33,478 nt of DNA from Nanobdellota archaeon (GTDB lineage Archaea; Nanobdellota; Nanobdellia; Woesearchaeales; GW2011-AR15). Positions 25,927 to 33,478 of the stretch are shown here, piece by piece. The stretch covers positions 1 through 33,478 of the forward strand of contig JAHIYL010000157.1 of the NCBI GenBank assembly GCA_018815145.1. The letters are read 5' to 3'. Made by a program: the position numbers and the translations under genes. The notes beneath the pieces were generated by a model. It ran no database searches. It was not told where the DNA came from and saw nothing but the letters and a program-made list of their open reading frames with translations. Within the stretch, counting starts at the first letter, position 1, and each line of letters opens with the position of its first letter.

Positions 25927-27081
25927 TTATATCCCTCTTTCAAATCTTATCAAAATGAATTCCTGTTTTCCTGAATATATCCTTTTATTTCCTGATATTT
26001 TAAATTTGTGCTTTTTCGCAGCTTTTTCAAGCAGGTCAGTTGTCAGCGCAATGAATACGACCTTTCCTGTTTTTTTAAGTACATATTCGAACTGGTAAAA
26101 CAGCTCTTCATATAATTTGCTGGCTGCTTCCGGATTATTTCTGCCTGATTCAGGAATATATGTGACAACATAGTCTATTGTCTTCTCATCAAATTTTGTA
26201 TCCATCCACTCAATAGATTTGGCACTGAAAACAATTGAATCAAATATCCCACCTATCTTCGCGTTCTTCTGCGCAATCCTCATCAATTTAAGCTGTGAAT
26301 TCAGAGAAAAAATTTTTGGCTTTGCCTTTTTGATTTTGGAGTCTAATCTCTTCAGAAAAACTTCAATATCCTCATCCAACAAAGGTTTGAAATTCTTAAA
26401 CATGAACCTGTCCTTTGAATAGAAATTCACTGGAAAATTTTTTGCATACAGCGCTGCTTCAATAGCCATTATGCCTTCTTTGGAAAAACAGTCCAAAAGG
26501 TTTCCCTTCCCATCATAACCTGAATACCTTATTGCCAGATATGCCAATGTTCCTTTGATGGAAGTCTTTGTCTGGAATATCTTGTAATCTCTCTTTGCAA
26601 GATCCTTCACTGAAAAATCGATTCCAAAATAACCCTTATTCTTATATATGTAAAGAAAAAAAACAAGGTTTGGAGACTTAAAAGATAATTCAATCTTTTC
26701 ACCGGATCTCTGCCTGATTATACCTGATAGTGCCGCTGCCACATCCACACTCTTGAATTCATGTTTACCAATACGTTCACAATCGACCATTGCCACAGTA
26801 TTTTTGTCAGACCATATATCAAGATCAAATTGAATTTTTTTTAGTTCTTCTATGGTCTTTTCAAGTTCAGGAAAAATATTCACCTGCCCCAACATCAGCA
26901 CTATCTTATGCACTGATTGAGCAGTATAGCAGAGATTGCAGAGGTCCAATAGCTCATCAATATCAAACAGCACTACATTATCTTCTGTCTTGATGTTTTT
27001 TGCAGATATCCTTTCCTTTATTTCATCTGCACAGAGATCTTCAGCACCCATGTGCGTGACTGCAAAAGCCTTATATACCAT
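25927..27081 (-). CDS. THUMP-domain RNA methyltransferase-like protein (Trm14/RlmL architecture) with degenerate SAM-binding and catalytic motifs
   Basis: The N-terminal ferredoxin-like plus THUMP layout ends in KRDYKIF. The methyltransferase core is collinear with Trm14, but motif I reads LLDCFSKEGIMAIEAAL (expected DPxCGSGT) and motif IV reads VVTYIPESGR (expected NPPYG). Confidence 0.7.
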   Translation of the reverse strand: MVYKAFAVTHMGAEDLCADEIKERISAKNIKTEDNVVLFDIDELLDLCNLCYTAQSVHKIVLMLGQVNIFPELEKTIEELKKIQFDLDIWSDKNTVAMVDCERIGKHEFKSVDVAAALSGIIRQRSGEKIELSFKSPNLVFFLYIYKNKGYFGIDFSVKDLAKRDYKIFQTKTSIKGTLAYLAIRYSGYDGKGNLLDCFSKEGIMAIEAALYAKNFPVNFYSKDRFMFKNFKPLLDEDIEVFLKRLDSKIKKAKPKIFSLNSQLKLMRIAQKNAKIGGIFDSIVFSAKSIEWMDTKFDEKTIDYVVTYIPESGRNNPEAASKLYEELFYQFEYVLKKTGKVVFIALTTDLLEKAAKKHKFKISGNKRIYSGKQEFILIRFERGI

Positions 27082-27171
27082 ATTATTTGAGAAAGAGAGA
27101 TTGCTTTTATTGGTTGCGGAAAAGAATATATATAAGCTCTTTGACCAAAAGTAAAACTACATGAAGACAAA

Positions 27172-28509
27172 ATGGCAGATGAAATTTATTTAAGTGAACT
27201 AGAAAAAAAATTAATAGATGGTTTAGATGCAGCTAAAAAAGTCGCTGTGTGCACTCATACTGATGCTGATGGCGTTATGACGGCAGGAATCCTTGGAATA
27301 TATCTTAACATTTTAGGTAAAGAAGTTGAATATTTCTCCATAAACACTTCAAATAGAAGCCTTGAACCATCACAGATAGACATAATCAATACAGAAAAAT
27401 TTGATACTGTCATCTATGGTGATGTCTCTCCAAGAGATTTTGATCAAATCTCTTCTTTCTTAGAAGATGGTAAATTTGTCGGTGTGATTGACCACCATGG
27501 CTACAAAGATAAACTCAGAAATCTGCTCCAACATGACAAAGGTGTTATGATAAATTCTGAAATGCCTGAACTTGAAGGTATGGAAGGCATGAGGACAGCA
27601 AGTGAACTTGCTCATTCATTGTTCATTAGCTTATCTGGTTCAGCATATAGAGAGACATCTGAATTTTCAAGAGAACATCAGTTGAAACCTATGGCAGAAA
27701 GAAAAAGAATTGAAAGAGTAGGGGTAGAATCTGAAAAAGTATCATATTGGCGGCAGAACCACTGGCTACGCGAAATTGGTCTAGTTGGAGATCGGATTTT
27801 TGGTCAAGATGAAGTTGATGCCACTACTTGGTTTGAAGCTCTATATTTTAATTGGATAGGATTGGCTTGGAAAAAGACAGATATTCTGGAAGACAGAGAA
27901 AGAATATTCAGAAACATGGTGAATGTTGTTGTTAATGCATATAAAGAAAAGAGTAGTCCATTTGAATCACCTTTTTTTCGTGAGCCAGAACTAAAAAATA
28001 GGCAAAAAGAAATTGAACTTGAATATGTACCTATAAGAGAGACAATTGCCGAAGTTCAGCACACTATTCAAGAACCACAATATTCACCAAATATGCTTCG
28101 GCAGAGTGTTGAATTACCAATGGTATATGTCAATAAACCTAATCCAAACAATTGGTGCATAGGACATTGGCTTGGAAAATCAAATGTTATTGAATATTTT
28201 TTTGAGACAAATGAATATGACCTTATAGAACTTGCTGTAAAGGAAAATTTTCCTCCTGTTAATGAAAATGCCATTATTGTATTATATTCCGAAAATAAGG
28301 ATAATGAAACTGACACATATATATTTAGGCATCCGTATAATAATACTGTGCACTGTGATAGAATTTGCGATGCATTTGGTGGCGGAGGACATGCAGACAG
28401 AGGAGGATTTACTGCAAATGACCATTATAGTACAATAAGAAAAAAAGTGTTGAAAAAAATTCGAAGGGATGCTTTCAAGAATTATTTCATTCCTCGCTCA
28501 CAATCTTAG
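27172..28509 (+). CDS. DHH-family phosphoesterase, archaeal RecJ/Cdc45 (GAN)-like
   Basis: DHH motifs are [16 protein letters not shown] (I), VIYGDVSP (II), GVIDHHG (III) and TASELAHSL / LVGDRIFG (IV-like). The DHHA1 motif is [12 protein letters not shown]. Confidence 0.75.
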   Translation: MADEIYLSELEKKLIDGLDAAKKVAVCTHTDADGVMTAGILGIYLNILGKEVEYFSINTSNRSLEPSQIDIINTEKFDTVIYGDVSPRDFDQISSFLEDGKFVGVIDHHGYKDKLRNLLQHDKGVMINSEMPELEGMEGMRTASELAHSLFISLSGSAYRETSEFSREHQLKPMAERKRIERVGVESEKVSYWRQNHWLREIGLVGDRIFGQDEVDATTWFEALYFNWIGLAWKKTDILEDRERIFRNMVNVVVNAYKEKSSPFESPFFREPELKNRQKEIELEYVPIRETIAEVQHTIQEPQYSPNMLRQSVELPMVYVNKPNPNNWCIGHWLGKSNVIEYFFETNEYDLIELAVKENFPPVNENAIIVLYSENKDNETDTYIFRHPYNNTVHCDRICDAFGGGGHADRGGFTANDHYSTIRKKVLKKIRRDAFKNYFIPRSQS

Positions 28510-30940
28510 CTACATCAACACACTTGTCAGTTGGATTGAGCTTCATCAGTCTTACTCCCTGAGTATTTCTTCCTATTACAGATATGTATTTGCATGAGGT
28601 CCTAATTGCCATGCCATCTTTACTTATCATTATGAGCTCATCCTCATCTGTGACTGATTTTACTGCAACAACCTTGCCGTTTCTGTCAGTTGTCTGGATA
28701 TTGATGACACCGCTGCCGCCTCGATTGATAAGCCTGTATTCAGAGAAGATTGTCCTTTTTCCGTATCCATTCTCTGTGATTGTCAGAAGTGTCTTTTCAT
28801 CTTCAGCAATCACCATGCCTACCAGGACATCGTCTTTCTTGAGCCTCATCCCTATAACTCCTTTGGAATATCTGCCAAGAGGTCTTGCATCAGTCTCATT
28901 GAATTTGACTGCCTGCCCATTGCTGCTGGCAAGGATTATCCTTTTCTCACCATCAGTCAAGACAACATCAATCACATCATCTCCCTGGTCAAGATTTATA
29001 GCCCATATGCCTCCCTGTCTTGGTCTTGAGTAAAGAGCAAGATTTGTCTTTTTTATGATACCTTTTTTAGTCGCAAACATGAGGAAATGCTTATCATCAA
29101 ATTCTTTGATGGGAATCACAGCAGATATCTTTTCATCTTTTTCGATCCCTTCTATAAGATTGACTATTGCCTTGCCTTTTGAATACCTCCCAACTTCCGG
29201 GACTTTATAGACCTTGAGCCAATAGATCTTGCCTTTGTTGGAGAACACCAACATGTATGAATGTGTATTGGCTATGAAAATATGCTCGATCACATCCTCT
29301 TCTTTTGTCTCAGCTCCTATTACTCCTTTTCCACCCCTGTGCTGCTGCCGATAGGTGTCCAAAGGCTGTCTTTTGATATAACCTGCATGGCTTATTGTTA
29401 CAATACAGTCCTCTTCTGCAATAAGGTCTTCAATGTCTATATCTTCTTCATATTCAATGATCTTTGTCCTTCTCTCATCACCATAAGTCTCTTTGACATA
29501 CGTGAGCTCTTCAATTATCATATTGAGAACAGATTGTCTGTCCGACAGTATCTGTTTGTACTTTTCAATCAACTTTTTTATTTGTTCAAACTCATCATTT
29601 ATCTTCTGCCGTTCCAATGAAGCAAGTTTCTGCAGCCTCATCTCAAGGATTGCTTTTGCCTGGAGTTCAGATAGAGAATAATCTGCAATCAGCATCTCAT
29701 TTGCCTGGTTCACGTCTTCACTTGCCCTTATCTTTTTTATGATTTCATCAATATTATTGAGTGCAATGATCAGACCTTCAAGGATATGCGCTCTTTCCTC
29801 TGCTTTTTTTAGTTCATACTCAGTCCTTTTTGTAATCACATCAATCCTGTGGGTGATGTGGCTTTCCACCAATTCTTTCAGATTCATAATTTTAGGTATA
29901 TTGCCCTGAAGAGCCAGGAACATCACACCTTGTGTAGTCTCAAGCCTTGAATGTTTATACAGTTGGTTTATGACAATGTCTGAATTTGCATCTTTTTTCA
30001 ATTCAATTACAATCCGCATACCTTTTCTGTCTGATTCATCCCTAAGTCCTGAAATACCTTCAATCACCTTATCTTTGATCTGCGATGCAATATGTTCCAG
30101 CAACTGAGATTTATTCACCATATATGGGATTTCTTTTACAATCAAGATTTTTCTGTTCTTTTTCTCTTCAAAATCAATTTTTGCTCTAATCTTGACTTTT
30201 CCTCTTCCTGAAATATATGCATTTAATATCCCATTTCTTCCGCATAGCAGTCCGCCGGTAGGAAAATCAGGTCCCTGAACAATCTCAGCCAATTCTTTGA
30301 TTGATATCTCCTGATTCCTGATTGCTGCAATTATTGCATCAGCAATCTCATTTACATTATGCGGTGGAATGTTTGTTGCCATGCCTACAGCAATCCCAGA
30401 TGATCCATTTATCAGAAGATTAGGTATCAATGTGGGGAGAATCTTTGGCTCTTTGAGACTGCCATCAAAATTATCAGTAAAATCAACAGTCTCCTTGTCA
30501 ATATCTTTCAGAACATCACTTGATATCTTTGATAGTTTTGCTTCAGTATACCTCATCGCAGCTGCAGAATCTCCATCAATGCTTCCAAAATTTCCCTGTC
30601 CATTCACCAAAGGATATCTCAGAGACCAATCCTGAGCCATCCTGACCAGGGCCTCATACACAGATGAATCACCATGAGGATGATATTTACCCAACACTTC
30701 TCCAACAATCCTTGCACATTTTTTAAAGGTCTTATTATATTGCAGTCCAATCTCATTCATAGAATAAAGGATTCGCCTATGGACCGGCTTTAACCCGTCC
30801 CGGACATCAGGAAGGGCGCGGGAGACAATAACACTCATTGAATAGTCCATGAAGGATTTTTTCATCTCATCTTCGATAAGTGTATTCAATATCCTTGCAT
30901 CATCTTGTTGGCCTTTATCAGGTATTTTTTCTTCATCCAT
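28487..30940 (-). CDS. gyrA: DNA gyrase subunit A
   Basis: 817 aa. Motifs are [34 protein letters not shown] (active-site Tyr) and the GyrA box QHRGGKG. C-terminal beta-pinwheel repeats are present. Confidence 0.95.
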   Translation of the reverse strand: MDEEKIPDKGQQDDARILNTLIEDEMKKSFMDYSMSVIVSRALPDVRDGLKPVHRRILYSMNEIGLQYNKTFKKCARIVGEVLGKYHPHGDSSVYEALVRMAQDWSLRYPLVNGQGNFGSIDGDSAAAMRYTEAKLSKISSDVLKDIDKETVDFTDNFDGSLKEPKILPTLIPNLLINGSSGIAVGMATNIPPHNVNEIADAIIAAIRNQEISIKELAEIVQGPDFPTGGLLCGRNGILNAYISGRGKVKIRAKIDFEEKKNRKILIVKEIPYMVNKSQLLEHIASQIKDKVIEGISGLRDESDRKGMRIVIELKKDANSDIVINQLYKHSRLETTQGVMFLALQGNIPKIMNLKELVESHITHRIDVITKRTEYELKKAEERAHILEGLIIALNNIDEIIKKIRASEDVNQANEMLIADYSLSELQAKAILEMRLQKLASLERQKINDEFEQIKKLIEKYKQILSDRQSVLNMIIEELTYVKETYGDERRTKIIEYEEDIDIEDLIAEEDCIVTISHAGYIKRQPLDTYRQQHRGGKGVIGAETKEEDVIEHIFIANTHSYMLVFSNKGKIYWLKVYKVPEVGRYSKGKAIVNLIEGIEKDEKISAVIPIKEFDDKHFLMFATKKGIIKKTNLALYSRPRQGGIWAINLDQGDDVIDVVLTDGEKRIILASSNGQAVKFNETDARPLGRYSKGVIGMRLKKDDVLVGMVIAEDEKTLLTITENGYGKRTIFSEYRLINRGGSGVINIQTTDRNGKVVAVKSVTDEDELIMISKDGMAIRTSCKYISVIGRNTQGVRLMKLNPTDKCVDVAKIVSEE

Positions 30941-31041
30941 TTTAAGTCGAGAAAAAGGTAATTCTCTCCCCCTTCATCTTAGAACCTTTTTTTATATTTA
31001 AAGGCTTTGGTTTTATCTAAAATCTTATTACAAATTTGATT

Positions 31042-32130
31042 TCAAAATAGGAATTTCCAATATCTCAGAAGCCTTGGCTCAACTGCAACTGCCTTTAGTC
31101 CCAGTTTGATAAGATTGTCACGCTCTTCCTCAAAAAGCAGTTTTTTCATACGTTTTTTGTTGCAGAGCATCACCAGTTCATTCCAGTCTTTTTCAGAGAA
31201 TCTATCCATAACTTTTCTGAATTGCGAATGAAAAAATAGCTCAAGCCCTATCTTCCTTTTCAATATCTCTGAATAAGATTTCTTTTTTATCAAAGCTGTC
31301 GCAAGACTTTTTGCACCTATCAATCCCTGAATTATTCCTCCTCCTGTCGTTGCTTTTACCTGGCATGCAGCATCTCCTACCAAAAAAATATTCTTCTTTT
31401 CAAAACTAAACTTATAATCATATATAGGAATTATTCCGGCCTGCATCTCAATGATACTGCTCTTTTTTATCTGCAGTTTTTTCAGAAAACTGTCAAAAAT
31501 CGGTTTTGGTCTATGATAAGACGCAATCCCTATCCTCACTGTGTCTTTGTCTTCAGGCACAATCCAGGCAAACTGTCCTATATATGGATAGAATTCTACA
31601 GCATTGTCATTAGGATATTTTATTCTTGCCTGATGCCCAAGCAGGAATTTTCTTTTTGTGTAGATAGCTGAAGATTTGGCAACTCTTGATTGCGGTCCAT
31701 CCGCACCTATAAGAAAATCTGTCTCAATTACATTTATTTTATCATCTTTTTTGACTTTGAATTCAATCTTACCATTCTTCTTCATGATGTCAATAAATTT
31801 TGCTCCCAAGATAAATTTTACTCCTTCTTTTTCTGCAATCTCCTTAAGATGTTGATCAAATTTTGCCCTGTCCAACACAAAATTTTCTTTGATTTTAAGC
31901 TCAATATATCTGCCTTCGGGAGAATATATCCTCACCCTGTTCACTTTGTTTACCACAAAACTGTCAGAAGGAGCTATGATATTCTTAAATAAATTACTCA
32001 CAATCCCTGTGCATTGGACCGGTTCACCTACTTTTTTATGCTCTTCAAATACAATGACTTTTCTCTTATTTTTTGCAAGCAGGTACGCAAGGTAATTCCC
32101 TACAGGTCCGGCACCTATGATTGAGATCAT
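31042..32130 (-). CDS. Geranylgeranyl reductase family flavoprotein (archaeal lipid saturase, digeranylgeranylglycerophospholipid reductase-like)
   Basis: The FAD motif is ISIIGAGPVGNYLA..VFEE. Further motifs are ETDFLIGADG and LVGDAACQVKATTGGGI. Confidence 0.85.
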   Translation of the reverse strand: MISIIGAGPVGNYLAYLLAKNKRKVIVFEEHKKVGEPVQCTGIVSNLFKNIIAPSDSFVVNKVNRVRIYSPEGRYIELKIKENFVLDRAKFDQHLKEIAEKEGVKFILGAKFIDIMKKNGKIEFKVKKDDKINVIETDFLIGADGPQSRVAKSSAIYTKRKFLLGHQARIKYPNDNAVEFYPYIGQFAWIVPEDKDTVRIGIASYHRPKPIFDSFLKKLQIKKSSIIEMQAGIIPIYDYKFSFEKKNIFLVGDAACQVKATTGGGIIQGLIGAKSLATALIKKKSYSEILKRKIGLELFFHSQFRKVMDRFSEKDWNELVMLCNKKRMKKLLFEEERDNLIKLGLKAVAVEPRLLRYWKFLF

Positions 32131-32272
32131 ATTCTGTTCTTAAGATTTATCAGTTCATTTAAATTAATTCCTGTAATACGTAGTCCCTGAAAAGTAGTCT
32201 AAAATAATAATATTTATATATAGGTTGTTGTTACTTGGTAGTAATTTATCGCATTATTCAAACTAAAAACAG

Positions 32273-33478
32273 ATGGAGAAAGGGAAAATGAATGCAAAAA
32301 ACATGTATCTTCTATTTTTGATTATCAGTTCAATTCTATTCATAAGCATAAGCAGTTCAGTCAATGCTGTCGGCACCTGCACAGGAAGCTGTGAAAGCGG
32401 ATCTCAATGCAATGTCTATGGAAACCCTAATCCCGGAAAAGTGTGGAGCTGCAAGAACACTGGTTCGTATTATGAATGCATCCAGACCAGTGCAGACAAT
32501 TGCGATTACCTTGACTGCAGCCTTGGGTGGAGAGACTGCGGCTGCGATGTATCCGGCTGTGAACAGAGATGTGAATCACAGTATGCAAATCAGCCTGGAT
32601 ATCATACAAGGACTGAATTCTGTGATGATTGCGGCCAGAAATTCACTTGTGATTGTTATATACAAGAAGTGCCTAATCTCTTCTGTGGAGATGGGGCAAT
32701 AAATCAATACTGGGAAAAATGCGACCTGAACGGAGACAACGGAAGAGACAAGAATAATGACGGCGTATTTGGTCCGGGCGAATGCAGAACCGACTGTACC
32801 TACTGCGGGGATGCTGATACACAATTCTATACTGAAGCCTGTGACTATAAAGACACTATATACAAGAATTGTGCAACCTTTCCTAATGATCCAAATTGCT
32901 GCAGAGACAATTCTTATGGAAGAAATATGTGCACCTACTGTGGCGACGGTAAAGTACAGACCGGTCTTGAAGAGTGCGAATACAAATCTCATTGCACTGC
33001 AATCACCGGAAAAATTCTCCTGTCATGCAATTCTGATTGCGTTTGTGTATATGAAGATGCTTTTGGATGCATAGATGGATATAAAAGAGATACTACCGGA
33101 ATCGGTCTTCCTCTTTGGGAAATAACAACAGAATATGTGAATGATCCAAGCATCCGGTACATTGCATATACTGATTCATCAGGATATTACAAATTTCCTC
33201 AGTTGATAATCGGCACGTGGAAAGTGACTGAGACAATGAAATCAGGATGGGCTGTTGCCAGCGGGTACTCAATAAGCTACAATAAATATGTTTCTGTGGG
33301 TTCTACTTGTGCTGTTGCAAATTTTAAGAATAAGCAAGTGCCGACTCTCGGATGTGTTGAAGGCATCAAAAGAGATGATAACCATATAGGGCTTTCGGGA
33401 TGGACAATACATGCTAAAAAAGTCGGACAGCCTGATTCAAGCGGAAAGACTGCTGTCACCGGAAGTGACGGCAGCTAT
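32273..33478 (+). CDS. Secreted Cys-rich CGDG-repeat protein followed by Cna-B/SdrD-B-like repeats; 3'-truncated by the window edge; absent from the ORF track
   Basis: I translated 402 codons from 32273 to 33478 codon by codon and found no stop. An alternative start is the ATG at 32288, with GGAG 8 nt upstream. The signal peptide is MNAKNMYLLFLIISSILFISISSSVNA. I count 32 Cys between about residues 36 and 265. Three CGD-type repeats are present (FCGDGAINQYWEKCD, YCGDADTQFYTEACD, YCGDGKVQTGLEECE). Two units 95 aa apart follow (GCIDGYKRDTTGIGLPLWEI...SSGYYKF..GTWKVTE..GW and GCVEGIKRDDNHIGLSGWTI...GSDGSY). Confidence 0.85.
   Translation, partial: MEKGKMNAKNMYLLFLIISSILFISISSSVNAVGTCTGSCESGSQCNVYGNPNPGKVWSCKNTGSYYECIQTSADNCDYLDCSLGWRDCGCDVSGCEQRCESQYANQPGYHTRTEFCDDCGQKFTCDCYIQEVPNLFCGDGAINQYWEKCDLNGDNGRDKNNDGVFGPGECRTDCTYCGDADTQFYTEACDYKDTIYKNCATFPNDPNCCRDNSYGRNMCTYCGDGKVQTGLEECEYKSHCTAITGKILLSCNSDCVCVYEDAFGCIDGYKRDTTGIGLPLWEITTEYVNDPSIRYIAYTDSSGYYKFPQLIIGTWKVTETMKSGWAVASGYSISYNKYVSVGSTCAVANFKNKQVPTLGCVEGIKRDDNHIGLSGWTIHAKKVGQPDSSGKTAVTGSDGSY

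Noticed and set aside
25926-25943. Longer MBF1 start (TTG at 25943) overlapping the THUMP gene by 17 nt
   Set aside because: The ATG at 25925 places the conserved CxxC zinc ribbon at the extreme N-terminus, as in archaeal MBF1, and gives a 1-nt stop-start coupling. The longer form cannot be fully excluded.
28584-29033. 149-aa ORF, plus 29261-29620, 29493-29681 and 30369-30635, antisense to gyrA
   Set aside because: Same reasoning. They are shadow ORFs inside a highly conserved gene.
32364-33459. Track ORFs 32364-32702(+), 32427-32609(-), 32576-32992(-), 32757-33074(+) and 33277-33459(-)
   Set aside because: All of them overlap the continuous 402-codon frame starting at 32273. That frame has a signal peptide and coherent Cys-repeat and Cna-B-like domain structure, whereas the listed ORFs have no recognisable features.
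1-33478. Search for tRNA, rRNA, CRISPR arrays, or diversity-generating retroelement parts (RT, TR/VR pairs) that might target the surface proteins
   Set aside because: I found no cloverleaf-type GC-rich segments, no regularly spaced direct repeats and no reverse-transcriptase-like ORF. I found no long near-identical DNA repeat pair by eye. The modules of the giant gene are diverged at the DNA level. A computational repeat scan would be needed to exclude short TR/VR pairs completely.

Overview
This is an AT-rich, very gene-dense 33.5-kb fragment. I call 25 CDS (two cut by the window edges) and one intact IS element. I saw no rRNA, tRNA or CRISPR array.

The gene content reads as archaeal:
- a geranylgeranyl (archaeal lipid) reductase
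- an MBF1 with an N-terminal zinc ribbon
- a Cdc45/RecJ-like DHH protein
- a type IA topoisomerase
- a PGF-pre-PGF surface-protein domain

The compaction, the orphan gyrA and the giant surface protein suggest a small-genome, DPANN-like lineage. That placement is inference only.

Layout:
- 1-6.5 kb: housekeeping and unknown genes. These are a SAM methyltransferase, a Met-rich small protein, a PP-loop-like protein, a membrane-anchored Lon-type S16 ecto-protease, and topA translationally coupled to an unknown 197-aa protein.
- 6.5-8.5 kb: a Cys-rich lipoprotein-like gene, then an intact 1496-bp IS. The IS has 19-bp perfect inverted repeats, a 5-bp ATTAG target duplication and an unlisted AbrB-like small ORF.
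- 8.5-25.5 kb: an envelope island, which is the most interesting part. It holds a UDP-sugar epimerase, two tandem GT-C (STT3/ArnT-like) paralogues, a GT28 glycolipid-synthase-like gene, a Yip1-like gene, two tandem QxxRW-type GT2 synthases and a thioredoxin/DsbA-like pair whose DsbA member lacks CxxC. Divergent from that pair is a 2210-aa type-I membrane protein. Its ectodomain is saturated with N-X-S/T sequons and its cytoplasmic tail carries a tandem repeat.
- 25.5-32 kb: MBF1, a THUMP methyltransferase-like gene with eroded catalytic motifs, the DHH protein (23-nt convergent overlap with gyrA), gyrA and the geranylgeranyl reductase.
- 32.3 kb to the end: a 402-codon open frame missing from the ORF track because it has no stop in the window. 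It encodes a secreted Cys-rich CGDG-repeat / Cna-B-like protein.

All domain calls come from motif recognition by eye. No database search was possible.
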